24,037 bases of DNA from a virus (IMGVR_UViG_3300035208_001992); one strand, 5' to 3'; counted from the first letter of the stretch, positions 1-9,168 are shown. Numbers and translations: made by a program. Notes: a model not told the origin generated them from the sequence alone.

Positions 1-368
1 CCAATGACCGCATATTTCCTGTTACCAAATGTTCCGTCAGCCTCGGCTTCAAGTACATCCTCAATGCTTGCGTAGAGATAAGCTTGCTTCACAAGAAGCC
101 AAGAATTGTACATCTCAGCCCAAGCAGCATAGAAAGCTGAGCTTGTGCTTAGGACTCCATCCTCGTAATAAGTCAATGATCCGGTAGCCAGCAGGTAGTT
201 GACGCCTGTCGCATCTGATGCCATACTCTGCTGAATAGCATCCATTCCAGTGAAGACATCAGTGGACGAGCTGTAAAACTCCAAATCGGCACCTGCGTTA
301 ATCGCTTCAATGCCGGACAGCATGATTGTCGATCCTGTCGTATTTCTCAGCGCGTGCGTTGTTGCCAT
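1..368 (-). CDS. Hypothetical protein, partial (3' end runs off window); probable fibre-associated protein
   Basis: Not in ORF track. ATG at 366-368 overlaps the TGA of the upstream fibre gene (TGATG). The frame stays open to the window edge: MATTHALRNTTGSTIMLSGIEAINAGADLEFYSSSTDVFTGMDAIQQ... Confidence 0.8.
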   Translation of the reverse strand, partial: MATTHALRNTTGSTIMLSGIEAINAGADLEFYSSSTDVFTGMDAIQQSMASDATGVNYLLATGSLTYYEDGVLSTSSAFYAAWAEMYNSWLLVKQAYLYASIEDVLEAEADGTFGNRKYAVI

Positions 369-2371
369 CAGAACGTCTCCTCGATCACTAATGTTACAAA
401 CGCCATTTGAGTCAAGCCAATAAGGCTCGTAGTTGAACCATTCAAGAACTTCAATGCTAGCATGTCGCCAGCGTACACAACAGTATCCAAGTCAGTGCGC
501 TCTATTTTTAAATTAGATGCCCCTACTGTATATCTACCAACTGGATTTGAAGAACTAGAAAACATGAAATCTATTTGAATAGGATTGCCACTGTTAATGT
601 TTGGGTCATGTTCAGCGCTATATCCGACTCTATACAGCTGTACCTGATAATAGCACACTGCAGCAGCCGTTCCTTGGTTCACGCCAGTGCCTACCACGTT
701 CAAGATCGCTTTGGTGATCTTACCGTTGATCGGCACAAGGAAAGGCGAGCACGAGTTAGAATTTGCCATGCCACTGGAGTTGCCAGAGCGCTTTGCGTCT
801 TCTTGAGTGGCGCCAGCGCCGCAACACACGTAGAAATACTTCGTCGTGTTCGACACGAACTCACTAAGAGCAAAGTTCACTGTTGTGACTACGCGCGGAG
901 GCGCAGCGACAGCATTGCCGCCGCCATCACTTACTAGTATTTGTCCAGCGTCCAATGAGTTGTTTGTTGGTGGAGCCATCACCAATGTGTTGTACGCGTT
1001 AGCTGCAGTAGGAGCAGAGAATGCTGTTGTCCACTTTGCAGTGTTGTACATCACGAATTCATCAACGAATGCCGAGACATGATTCACTGGAACAGTCGTA
1101 TTGCCAGCACGTCCAAAAGCGAACAAGGTCGGTGGATACGTTGGCGTCGAGATCGAGCCTGACGCTGTCTGCGTCGTACCGATTTGTGAGCCATTCACAT
1201 ACACTGACAAGCTTGATGAACTACGTACGACTGCAACGTGATACCACGTGCCAGTTGACGGCGTCCACGCAAACGTCCAGTTGCTGCCAGCTATGTCAAC
1301 ATGAATGCCAGACGCATTCACATAGCGAATGACTAACCCGTTCGCGGAACTGCCAATTGTCTGGAAGACTTGTGCAACCGAGACTGAATTGAAGTTCACT
1401 TGGAATTCAGTCGTGAAGTCGCCAGTACCGATTCCGAATTTGCTATAGATCGTGCCACTCAGCTCAAGGAAATTTGATGACCCGTTGAGTGACAGTGACG
1501 ATACACCCCACTTGTAAGTGGACGTATTCAGTGACGCTGGAGATGCACTTGCAACTGACGGTGTGACGTTGGTCCACTTATTGCCAGCGAGATCGATGAT
1601 TTGTCGAGATCCGCTTTTGCCATCGAAGTGCATCATGATGAGCACATTCGCTGGCTTCGGCACCTGCAGATCATTAGCCGAAACAATGAGGCCATTCGAG
1701 AACGTCTTTTGACCAGTCACAGTGGTTGCACCGGCAACTGGGACGTATGTCGAAGAGAGAGTCAGCCAGCTTAAAACGCCAGCGCCGTTGCCTGATAGCA
1801 CGTCGCCATTCGTTCCATAGACACTTGGCAGCGTGAACGACCTATTTACTGCAAGACCTGCAGCGGCTAACAATTCAATGTAGTAGACGGCTGTGTTTTC
1901 ATACACGCGCACATTGCCGCCACCGACACTGCCAGTGATGCGCATATCTGCTGATTGAGCAGTAGCTGATTGATTTTGGACGTAATACGTAGAACCACTT
2001 GGCACATCACCAGCAGCTAATGATCCAACAGCCGTGATACGACCATAGTTGTCGTACGTGACCTTCGATGACGTGCCAGTACCGATGCCAGTAGTTGGTA
2101 GATCAGTTGCGGCAAGCGCTCGGCCACTAGTTGCGCGTCCTTTTACGTCATATGTCGCAACAGCCCATTCGCCAGCAGTGATACCTGAGTTCGCAAGGCT
2201 GAACGATACATCGCCAGTTCCAGAATCAATGCCAGTCGAAGACATCGACAGGTATGTTGTGTCAACAATAGCGCGCGCAATTACAGCTTGACCTGTTGTT
2301 GTGATATCAAGGTCTACACGTTGGACAGATGAGTCCCTGATTTGCGTGCCTGGAATTCTGGTTGGTGGCAT
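368..2371 (-). CDS. Phage fibre protein (667 aa) with ConA/LamG-like lectin domain and distinct C-terminal tip domain
   Basis: GGAG RBS at 2378-2381. Fibre repeats SGITAGEWAVATYDVKGR and TGIGTGTSSKVTYDNYGR; FTLPxxxGxNGDVLSGNGAGVLSW motif. LamG signature (~990-1645): LIMMHFDG, GTGDFTTEFQVNF, TGTWYHVAVVRSSSSLSVYVNG, AFVDEFVMY. Confidence 0.85.
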   Translation of the reverse strand: MPPTRIPGTQIRDSSVQRVDLDITTTGQAVIARAIVDTTYLSMSSTGIDSGTGDVSFSLANSGITAGEWAVATYDVKGRATSGRALAATDLPTTGIGTGTSSKVTYDNYGRITAVGSLAAGDVPSGSTYYVQNQSATAQSADMRITGSVGGGNVRVYENTAVYYIELLAAAGLAVNRSFTLPSVYGTNGDVLSGNGAGVLSWLTLSSTYVPVAGATTVTGQKTFSNGLIVSANDLQVPKPANVLIMMHFDGKSGSRQIIDLAGNKWTNVTPSVASASPASLNTSTYKWGVSSLSLNGSSNFLELSGTIYSKFGIGTGDFTTEFQVNFNSVSVAQVFQTIGSSANGLVIRYVNASGIHVDIAGSNWTFAWTPSTGTWYHVAVVRSSSSLSVYVNGSQIGTTQTASGSISTPTYPPTLFAFGRAGNTTVPVNHVSAFVDEFVMYNTAKWTTAFSAPTAANAYNTLVMAPPTNNSLDAGQILVSDGGGNAVAAPPRVVTTVNFALSEFVSNTTKYFYVCCGAGATQEDAKRSGNSSGMANSNSCSPFLVPINGKITKAILNVVGTGVNQGTAAAVCYYQVQLYRVGYSAEHDPNINSGNPIQIDFMFSSSSNPVGRYTVGASNLKIERTDLDTVVYAGDMLALKFLNGSTTSLIGLTQMAFVTLVIEETF

Positions 2372-2390
2372 CTAGATCTCCAATAATGGA

Positions 2391-2424
2391 AGGCAGAGAC
2401 TAAGTGTTAGCCTAGTCTCCGCCT
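2391..2424 (-). terminator. 14-bp stem-loop (terminator-like or mRNA-stabilising hairpin)
   Basis: Minus strand AGGCGGAGACTAGG-CTAACA-CTTAGTCTCTGCCT with two G.U pairs, followed by TCCATTATT (weak U tract). Confidence 0.55.
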
Positions 2425-2440
2425 ATACGTTCAATCGAAC

Positions 2441-3523
2441 TTACTTGTTGTAGTCCGCGATCATGTTGTCGCCAGTCACTGGAGCAGTCACGAACGTGAT
2501 CGTTTGACCAGAGATCGTGTAGTCGTTGCCAGCGCCGACGAACAACCGGATGCCGTTCTGGAACAAGCTGACAGTACCGGCACGAGGCGTCGAAGCCAGT
2601 GTGAACACTGTGTTCGTGCCGTTGATCGTGCCACTTGGCTGCTCATTGAACACGAAGTCAGCGTGCTTCGCAACAGTGGATGCCAGCGTCAACACGCCAG
2701 TATCCGACAGCGTTGCATCGCCAGAGATCGCAACAGCAGTTGCCACGTTCGAGCCGTTACCGACGAGGATGTTCGTCGATGCGAGGGCTGCAAGCTTCAC
2801 GCCTGCCGCGCTCAACGAAAGTGTCGAGTCAGCAAGCTTGACTGTGATGTTGTTGCTGATGAACTCAACGCCGTTGCCAAGGCGCACGTCGAGCGTGCTA
2901 CCTGTCTTGTCCAAACCATTGCCGGCGATGATCACACCAGCAGAGCTGAACTGATTGAACGCGAGCGACGTGGTACCGACGGCGATGACGCCATCAGTTG
3001 TTAGCGTCCAACCAGTGTCTGCAAGCGTCGAGCCTTGCGACACGAAGAAGAAGCTGTTCGGCACCATCTCGGCGGCAGTGTCAAAGTCTGTGGCGCGCGT
3101 CCAGCCGCTTGCTGCAGCAGTGTAAATGCCGTTCTCCGAGCCGGTTGTGTTGTCCTTGACCAAGATACGATCGCCAGCCGTAAGGCTTGCAGACCAGTCG
3201 CCACCAGCTTGCGTGCCAAGTCCGGTGAGCGCGACGTTGGCTGTGGTTGTGAACTTCACTGCAGTCTTGACCGCAATGCCGTTGCCGACTAGGTTGTCGA
3301 CGTACTGCTTGGTAGCAGCGTCGGTTCCGAGCGTTGGATCAGCCAAGCTGCCGATCTTGTAGCTGCCGAGGTTGAAGGCGCCAGTTGCAGCGATGCTACC
3401 GTCGCGCTTGAAGAAGCTTGCGCCGTCGGCGAGCTTCGAAGTGGCGATCCCCGCTGCCGCAGCAAGCTGCGCATCGTAGATCGTGCCATCCATGATCTGA
3501 GTATTGCCTCTGATCTTTTGCAT
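2441..3523 (-). CDS. Phage fibre/decoration protein (360 aa)
   Basis: GGAG RBS; Ala/Gly/Thr-rich. LADPTLGTDAATKQYVD stalk motif; GDRILVKDNTTGSENGIY...WTRATDFD domain typical of phage fibres; C-terminal beta-sandwich FTLASTP...NG...DYTISGQTITF...GD. Confidence 0.8.
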   Translation of the reverse strand: MQKIRGNTQIMDGTIYDAQLAAAAGIATSKLADGASFFKRDGSIAATGAFNLGSYKIGSLADPTLGTDAATKQYVDNLVGNGIAVKTAVKFTTTANVALTGLGTQAGGDWSASLTAGDRILVKDNTTGSENGIYTAAASGWTRATDFDTAAEMVPNSFFFVSQGSTLADTGWTLTTDGVIAVGTTSLAFNQFSSAGVIIAGNGLDKTGSTLDVRLGNGVEFISNNITVKLADSTLSLSAAGVKLAALASTNILVGNGSNVATAVAISGDATLSDTGVLTLASTVAKHADFVFNEQPSGTINGTNTVFTLASTPRAGTVSLFQNGIRLFVGAGNDYTISGQTITFVTAPVTGDNMIADYNK

Positions 3524-3538
3524 GATTGTTTCTCCGTG

Positions 3539-4108
3539 TTAGTACTGGTACGATACTTTGATGCGGTCGCCAACCGTAAGAGGCGTGCCCGCGGCGAAGG
3601 TGATCAAGTTGGAAGCTACGGTATAGTCGTCGTCGGACCCCTCAAAGTTTTGAAGTCCATTTATGTGTAATCTGGAAGTGTCGTCAAGCGGCTGATACAA
3701 CAATGGATAGACCATTTCGTTTGCGTCAACTACATCAAAAGTCTCAATGACGTTGTTGCTGTCGATGACTGCAGTGCTGCGATTCCAAGCGCGAACAACA
3801 CGGCCTTTTCGATCGATCTCAACGTCAGTATAGCGGCCAGGCACTACGCCTGTCGGCTTCAGCTCAATACGCGGTAAGTCACTGCCTGGTTGCTCGACCG
3901 CTTCAAGGTCTTCACCAAGCCAGACTTCAGCTGACATCGCAAGACGAGCTGTGCGTGCTTCGCCAGGTCCAGGTACAAACGCGCGTCTAGCGTCTGGTGG
4001 TTCCAGCGCTACGCCGCTCAATAGATTTTGCTGGCCTGTCTTAGACGGCGCTGCAAATGAACGACGTGGCGATAGCCCGCCGCCGCTTGGTCCGTAGTCG
4101 ACAGTCAT
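3539..4108 (-). CDS. Short fibre/adaptor protein (~189 aa)
   Basis: Start moved to ATG 4108 (GAGGTG RBS 9 nt upstream). Fibre repeat TGVVPGRYTDVEIDRKGR. C-terminal domain (HINGLQ...DYTVASNLITF...GDRIKVSY) is paralogous to that of 2441-3523. Confidence 0.7.
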   Translation of the reverse strand: MTVDYGPSGGGLSPRRSFAAPSKTGQQNLLSGVALEPPDARRAFVPGPGEARTARLAMSAEVWLGEDLEAVEQPGSDLPRIELKPTGVVPGRYTDVEIDRKGRVVRAWNRSTAVIDSNNVIETFDVVDANEMVYPLLYQPLDDTSRLHINGLQNFEGSDDDYTVASNLITFAAGTPLTVGDRIKVSYQY

Positions 4109-4162
4109 AGAAGTGCGCACCTCATGCTAAGAGTTTCAACGCGTTAGTAGGAGTGCTGTTGT

Positions 4163-4876
4163 TCATAATCTTACCACGGCACCGTTTGACGTCACGAAGT
4201 TGCTGAGTGATCGAACAACGCCGTTCACTGTAGCAAAGCTTGGAGTTGCCTTCACAGCGTTGGATTTCGTCACGTAGAACTTTGATTGCACGTCTCTAAC
4301 AAGCCGCACAGCATATGCCAGCGAAACCCATGGAGTCAACGAATCTTGTACTCTTCTTGCTCCATCAACTGAATCTAGCGAGCTTTCACCAGAAATCATT
4401 TGGAAGTTTATCAATTTGTTGTTAACAACAGTAGTTGACGCTAGCCCAGTGCGATTTTTACGATCCCAATCATAGTAGTAAGGCGGTCCAATCCAGTAAC
4501 CAGATCCGCGTACTCGAAATCCATAGTCATCTGTTCCTGGGCTACTTGTATACACCCAATGATCTGTTCCAGCTTCTTTGAGCTTCTTTCCAGCGTAAAT
4601 CCAATAGCCACCATATGATTCGCCAAAGGTCGAACCGATTTCGGTAAATAGCGTAGTCCATTCAGACTCTGCTGGCACATGCCAACCGTCAAGAAAATCA
4701 TTCCATGCTAAAAACTCGCTAGGATAGTAACCACGACCATATGTGACAACATCTGCTGGTGTATCAATAGACGCAATGACGCCATAGTCATCACGCCGCA
4801 AATTGTCGATTAACCATTCTTGACTGCCAATGACGACAGACTCATACACGTCACCATGTATCGTGTAACTAGGCAT
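4163..4876 (-). CDS. Fib_succ_major (FISUMP) domain protein, lectin-like fold; putative receptor-binding/adhesin component
   Basis: Family motifs in the expected order: YESVVIGSQEWLIDNL, YGRGY, GWHVPAESEWTTL, AGKKLK, GTDDYGF, GSGY, YAVRLVRD. Start overlaps the upstream stop (ATGCCTAG). Confidence 0.8.
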   Translation of the reverse strand: MPSYTIHGDVYESVVIGSQEWLIDNLRRDDYGVIASIDTPADVVTYGRGYYPSEFLAWNDFLDGWHVPAESEWTTLFTEIGSTFGESYGGYWIYAGKKLKEAGTDHWVYTSSPGTDDYGFRVRGSGYWIGPPYYYDWDRKNRTGLASTTVVNNKLINFQMISGESSLDSVDGARRVQDSLTPWVSLAYAVRLVRDVQSKFYVTKSNAVKATPSFATVNGVVRSLSNFVTSNGAVVRL

Positions 4877-6128
4877 TAGCTAACCCAACAATGAGATCAG
4901 TTGGGAACGGCGTAGTCGGTTCAACGAACACAACAACATGCGTTTGAATGTCGAGGTAAATTCGTTGCCCATCAGCCTGTCCAATCACTTGCCGAACGTC
5001 AGCTGTTGGTTCGGACGTAGTCCAGCTGCCAGCAACGTTTGACAAGTATATGAGACCTGTCGGTGCGCCAGGCATCAAGAACGTGCCGCTCTTAGCTACA
5101 ACAAAATGATCAGCATCAATCGTTGATACAACGTAGTGCGTGCACAGCGTTGTCAGACTTGAAGCGCTTGCCTGAATGAATGTGCCATCGTTGTTCATGT
5201 GCACAGGCATGCTGATGCCGAAGCCATGCGCAACTTGCGTCACAGTTCGAACAAGCGGATTCGTCAAACTACCGTCAACAGCGACATCAAGGCCACCACT
5301 GATCTTCACGCCACCAAGCACATTGTTAGTAGCCGCTGGCAATTCATAAGTTCCAGGCTGCTCATCGGCTTGTAGTATTCCACTAGCATCAATGCTTAAA
5401 CGCGGTCCAACCTTGACAACGCCAAGAGCTGACGCAGTTGCGATGCTGACAGACTGTAGATACCGATTGTCTGACTCAGTCTTAGTGTATGCGTTGTTGA
5501 TCCCGTAACCAGCAAGCGTATCAGGAGTGTTTTGCAGGTAATCGAACGGGATTATTGGTAGGTCTTCAAGGACGAGTACGCGTAGTGACAGCGTGCCGTC
5601 GCCAGTACCAATTGCTGGACCGGCAAACACATAGTGCGGTGGTGACATTGTTGCGCCAGTACCACCAGATGAAATCGGTAACGGAGACACAAGCGTCATC
5701 GACTGTGCAGTGATTATGCCAGTCGCCTCAATCGTCACAGCAACAATATTGCCTGTGGTGATTGAACCGTCTACGCGAGCGTTACCGCTGATCCAGAAGT
5801 TAGCGTCTTGCGCGTCTTCAAATTGATCATTGATCGCACCGGTTGTTGGGCCAGCTACTGGAGCCACATATGTAGCATTGAGAATCCGACCAAATTCGTC
5901 AACCACGAAGTTGTTGTACGCGCCTGCCTTCACGCCAGTCTTTGTCAGGTAGAACTTGACGTCGCCTGTTCCTGCGTCTACGCCGGTTCCACGAGCTTCG
6001 ATGTGCTCTGATGTCACAGCCTTAGCGAACACAGCGCGGCCAGGCGTCCGTGTATCTAGCTGCGGACGATCGACCAATCGTGCTTGATCGCGCTCTTTGA
6101 TGAGCTGCGTGTCGACTTTAGGAGGCAT
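4869..6128 (-). CDS. Phage fibre protein (419 aa), N-terminus paralogous to 368-2371
   Basis: GTGVDAGTGDVKFYLTKTGVKAGAYNNFVVDEFGR; TPDTLAGYGINNAYTKTESDNRY; two AxxxxLGxVKxx repeats; C-terminal VTQVAHGF domain. Confidence 0.8.
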   Translation of the reverse strand: MPPKVDTQLIKERDQARLVDRPQLDTRTPGRAVFAKAVTSEHIEARGTGVDAGTGDVKFYLTKTGVKAGAYNNFVVDEFGRILNATYVAPVAGPTTGAINDQFEDAQDANFWISGNARVDGSITTGNIVAVTIEATGIITAQSMTLVSPLPISSGGTGATMSPPHYVFAGPAIGTGDGTLSLRVLVLEDLPIIPFDYLQNTPDTLAGYGINNAYTKTESDNRYLQSVSIATASALGVVKVGPRLSIDASGILQADEQPGTYELPAATNNVLGGVKISGGLDVAVDGSLTNPLVRTVTQVAHGFGISMPVHMNNDGTFIQASASSLTTLCTHYVVSTIDADHFVVAKSGTFLMPGAPTGLIYLSNVAGSWTTSEPTADVRQVIGQADGQRIYLDIQTHVVVFVEPTTPFPTDLIVGLANA

Positions 6129-6167
6129 TCGTTACTTTCCGTCTAGCTGTTCTAATTGACGGGTTAG

Positions 6168-6698
6168 TTACTTGGTCATGTACGAGACGAAGATCTCGAT
6201 CCATGATGACAACTGCTTCTTACGATCAGCTGCTGACTTCTTCATCTTGAGCTCATCAGTTTCTAGTCCAGCAGCGATCAAGTCGTAGTCAGCTTGGTCA
6301 CGTTGGAATAGTGTTGGCCCAAGTGCTGCGCCGATGTCAGATACGAGCTGAGATGTCTCTGCAGACGAATCGCCTTTGAGCTCTTTGTCTGCGAATGAAG
6401 TGTAGTCACCAACAGCCAATGAGAAATCTGAACCAGCGGCTGATGCAGCAGCAGATTCAAATTGGGCAGCCATCTTAGCTAAGGCATCGCGATCAGCGCT
6501 TTGCGTCGCCTTGTCGATTGACTTGCGCAGACGCTCGATGATCGCTTGCTTCGACATGTTCTCCATCAGGATCAGCTTCGTCTCGTATTCGTACGAGATT
6601 TGAGCCGATGCTCCTGAGATCGCGCTGTAGTAGCTTGGACGCGGATGCTTACGATATGTCGCAAGCAACCGTTGTGTCTCAGCGGCGCTGTTAGCCAC
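6168..6698 (-). CDS. Hypothetical protein (176 aa, predicted helical)
   Basis: GTG start with GGAG RBS, overlaps the upstream stop. No recognisable motif. Confidence 0.7.
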   Translation of the reverse strand: MANSAAETQRLLATYRKHPRPSYYSAISGASAQISYEYETKLILMENMSKQAIIERLRKSIDKATQSADRDALAKMAAQFESAAASAAGSDFSLAVGDYTSFADKELKGDSSAETSQLVSDIGAALGPTLFQRDQADYDLIAAGLETDELKMKKSAADRKKQLSSWIEIFVSYMTK

Positions 6699-7866
6699 GC
6701 TTAGGCTCCGGCTTTGACTTCAAATCTAGTACCTTTGCTGCTTCACGCGCAAAACTCTCGTACAACTTTTGACCAAGGACACGATCGTTGCCATTGCCCT
6801 TGAAGAGGTAAAGGATGCTCGAGCCAGCAGAGAAGTACGGGTAGTAGCCGCCAGCTTTTGCAGTCATCGCAGCAGCTCGAATTGCGTCGTCCGAACGGCC
6901 GATCAACTCGAGGCGACGATCAGAGCAAGCACGCAAAGCAGATTCGAACGCGATATTCATGTCAGCATGTTGCTTTGCTGCTTCAACTTCGCGCCTGATC
7001 TGCTTGATCACACCGTAGAGACGCACATCAGTTTCAGCGCTACCATTGCCATAGAACGATTTGACGAAGTCAGGACGCGTGTAAAGCTTGACGCCTTCAG
7101 CAGCACGGCCAATGAACATCACAAGTTTGTCAGCTAGCAAGTCATGTTGGTTGACTTTGACCTTGTTGAAAGCAGGTATTGACATGAGCTGCAACACCGC
7201 GGCAGCAAATGAGCCGAGAGTTAGCTGTAGTAGCTTGGTCACAAGCGCAATTACGCCGCTCTTCACAGCAAGGCGTGTCAAGCCACTTGGGTCCTTTGTA
7301 TCGCGATGTACGCCACTTGCAATGCGGTTTAGCGAATTGCGAAGATACAGCAGAGCGCGACGAAGACCAGCTTTGACCTTCGACCAAATCGATTGGTTGC
7401 TCGAAGACTTAAGCTGGCGCAGTTTGACGAGCAATCGCGTGTAAGCGTGATCGACTGCATCGACAGCGTCTTCGAGATTTGCGATGTCATAGTCGGCAAC
7501 GCTGCGGTTAGTCGCCGCGCGTGCTTCTGCAGCACTGATGCCAATTGCAAGTAGGCCTTGGTACCACCAGCTCAAGCAGTAGTATGGGCTCTTGCCCATC
7601 ACAACCGCTAGCCTACGGCAGAACTTCGAGAACGTTGCTTCGTCAGCTTCCACAAGATGCTTTGTCGCAATGACGTCTTTGTAATGAGGCTTTAGCCGAA
7701 GTAGCGTATTCGGCGTGAGCTTGTCGAACAGCCGTTTGCTGACATCGACGTTCGCGAAGTCATGCATCCGCTCAGACACTTGTCCAAGCTTATCGCGCAC
7801 TGAGTCAAAGTCGCTGCGACCAAGTGCAAAATCAACGGCTGCGAGTGCCGGAGTCAAGTCTTTCAT
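6691..7866 (-). CDS. Hypothetical protein (~391 aa, basic, helical, one hydrophobic segment)
   Basis: Start moved to ATG 7866 (GGAG at 7874-7877, 7 nt spacing). Long ORF co-oriented with the operon. Confidence 0.75.
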   Translation of the reverse strand: MKDLTPALAAVDFALGRSDFDSVRDKLGQVSERMHDFANVDVSKRLFDKLTPNTLLRLKPHYKDVIATKHLVEADEATFSKFCRRLAVVMGKSPYYCLSWWYQGLLAIGISAAEARAATNRSVADYDIANLEDAVDAVDHAYTRLLVKLRQLKSSSNQSIWSKVKAGLRRALLYLRNSLNRIASGVHRDTKDPSGLTRLAVKSGVIALVTKLLQLTLGSFAAAVLQLMSIPAFNKVKVNQHDLLADKLVMFIGRAAEGVKLYTRPDFVKSFYGNGSAETDVRLYGVIKQIRREVEAAKQHADMNIAFESALRACSDRRLELIGRSDDAIRAAAMTAKAGGYYPYFSAGSSILYLFKGNGNDRVLGQKLYESFAREAAKVLDLKSKPEPKRG

Positions 7867-7884
7867 CTGGGTTCTCCAATGCAA

Positions 7885-7916
7885 GACGGCGACCTAGCCA
7901 TAGCCAGATCGCCGTC
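7885..7916 (-). terminator. 14-bp stem-loop (terminator-like or stabilising hairpin)
   Basis: Minus strand GACGGCGATCTGGC-TATG-GCTAGGTCGCCGTC with two G.U pairs, followed by TTGCATT. Confidence 0.55.
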
Positions 7917-7935
7917 GTTTCACGATGCTTGCGAG

Positions 7936-9105
7936 TTATTTCGCAAGTTCTGTGTACTTGGCACCAGAGACGAGATACGCGATGACATTCTGTGTCGAAA
8001 CGCCGTTGACGATCTTCGACTCGAAGATGGCATACGCCTTTTCACCGCCTGCACCGAAGGTTGCTGCAGCTGATAGTGCGCGCCAAGCGGAGTGCGAGAG
8101 CCACTGTTTCGACTTCAGCTCGATGATGAGCGAAGAAGAACCACGGACGCGATTCCACTCGACAACTGAGATCAGCACAGCGCGACGAAGCTTGAGACCA
8201 GCACGATCGGCTTCGATGTCGAACTTCGCGCGAGTACCAGCGCGCAGCATGTCAATTGCCTTGTAGACAATCGAGTCCTTGAAGTGCGCTTGGGCCATGA
8301 CACCCTTGCCGTATTTGCCGAGCTGCTCGAGCGGGTAGAAGTCGACGATGTTCGTCTGAGGGTGTGGATCAACCAGGACAGTCGAAGCCTCACCGACAGA
8401 ACCAGTTGCGCCAGCGACAACGGAGCCTGCATCACCATTGACAACTTGAGCATCAGCTCCGCCAGTCATGCCGACTGGAGTCAGCGTCACGCCGCCGTTA
8501 GCGAATGTCTCTGTGATGGCTGCATTGCTTGCAACGCCAGCGACCTTCGAGGTGAGGGTGACGAGGTTGCCTGCGCCAGAAACAGCGCCAACAGTTGATG
8601 TGCTGGCATTGATCGCAAGGATCAATGCGGCCTTGACAGCCGCGACGTTAGCAGTCGCACTTGCAAGTGCAACAGCTGTATTGCCTGGTGTAGGAGGAGC
8701 ACCGTCTACAGTGAACTCGAAGGTCGTGCCGCCAAGAACGAATGTGTCGCCATCAGCGATGCCAGTTGTTGCGTTTGCTGCAACTGCAGTGAGCGTGCCA
8801 GCAGATGGTGTAGCAGCCTTCGTAGCAACAGCGCGAAGCTGCAGCGTTGCAGTCGTGAGAGATCCGGAATAGTCGGCGTCGACATCCCAGACACCAGAAA
8901 TTGCTGTACCACCTGCAATTGCAGTGATGGTCTTTTGGCCGTCGGTTGTTGCGATCTTCCAATCAGTGTCGGTTGAAAGTTTCCACTGATACTCAATCGA
9001 CAGGATGTCGGTATCTGCGTCAGCGACGGTGCCCGAAAAATCGACGCGTGCGGTCGAAGTGTCGTGCTGTGACATGGTCAATGCGGTTACGGTCTGGAGC
9101 GCCAT
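7936..9105 (-). CDS. Virion structural/decoration protein (389 aa) with Ig/FN3-like N-terminal domain
   Basis: Strong AAGGAG RBS; Ala/Thr/Gly-rich. DADTDILSIEYQW...W...W Ig-like pattern. The DGDTFVLGGTTFEF...AALILAINAS...LVTLTSKVAG...GMTGG module resembles tail-sheath/flagellin insertion domains. Confidence 0.6.
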   Translation of the reverse strand: MALQTVTALTMSQHDTSTARVDFSGTVADADTDILSIEYQWKLSTDTDWKIATTDGQKTITAIAGGTAISGVWDVDADYSGSLTTATLQLRAVATKAATPSAGTLTAVAANATTGIADGDTFVLGGTTFEFTVDGAPPTPGNTAVALASATANVAAVKAALILAINASTSTVGAVSGAGNLVTLTSKVAGVASNAAITETFANGGVTLTPVGMTGGADAQVVNGDAGSVVAGATGSVGEASTVLVDPHPQTNIVDFYPLEQLGKYGKGVMAQAHFKDSIVYKAIDMLRAGTRAKFDIEADRAGLKLRRAVLISVVEWNRVRGSSSLIIELKSKQWLSHSAWRALSAAATFGAGGEKAYAIFESKIVNGVSTQNVIAYLVSGAKYTELAK

Positions 9106-9140
9106 GGGCGTCTACTCCTTTGCTCTGTTTGTCTGGTTCT

Positions 9141-9156
9141 GTTTCAAGTTGTTAGT
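9141..9156 (-). promoter_or_regulatory. Candidate phage regulatory motif ACTAAC-N3-TTGAAAC
   Basis: ACTAACaacTTGAAAC here, ACTAACgcgTTGAAAC at 4133-4148 and ACTAACttcTTCAAC at 21534-21548; all intergenic and upstream of an RBS. Confidence 0.35.
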
Positions 9157-9168
9157 TGAAAAGTCAAA

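Noticed and set aside
4163-4876. Complete diversity-generating retroelement around the FISUMP gene
   Set aside because: No reverse transcriptase, accessory gene or template-repeat copy is visible in this window; only the target-type fold is present.
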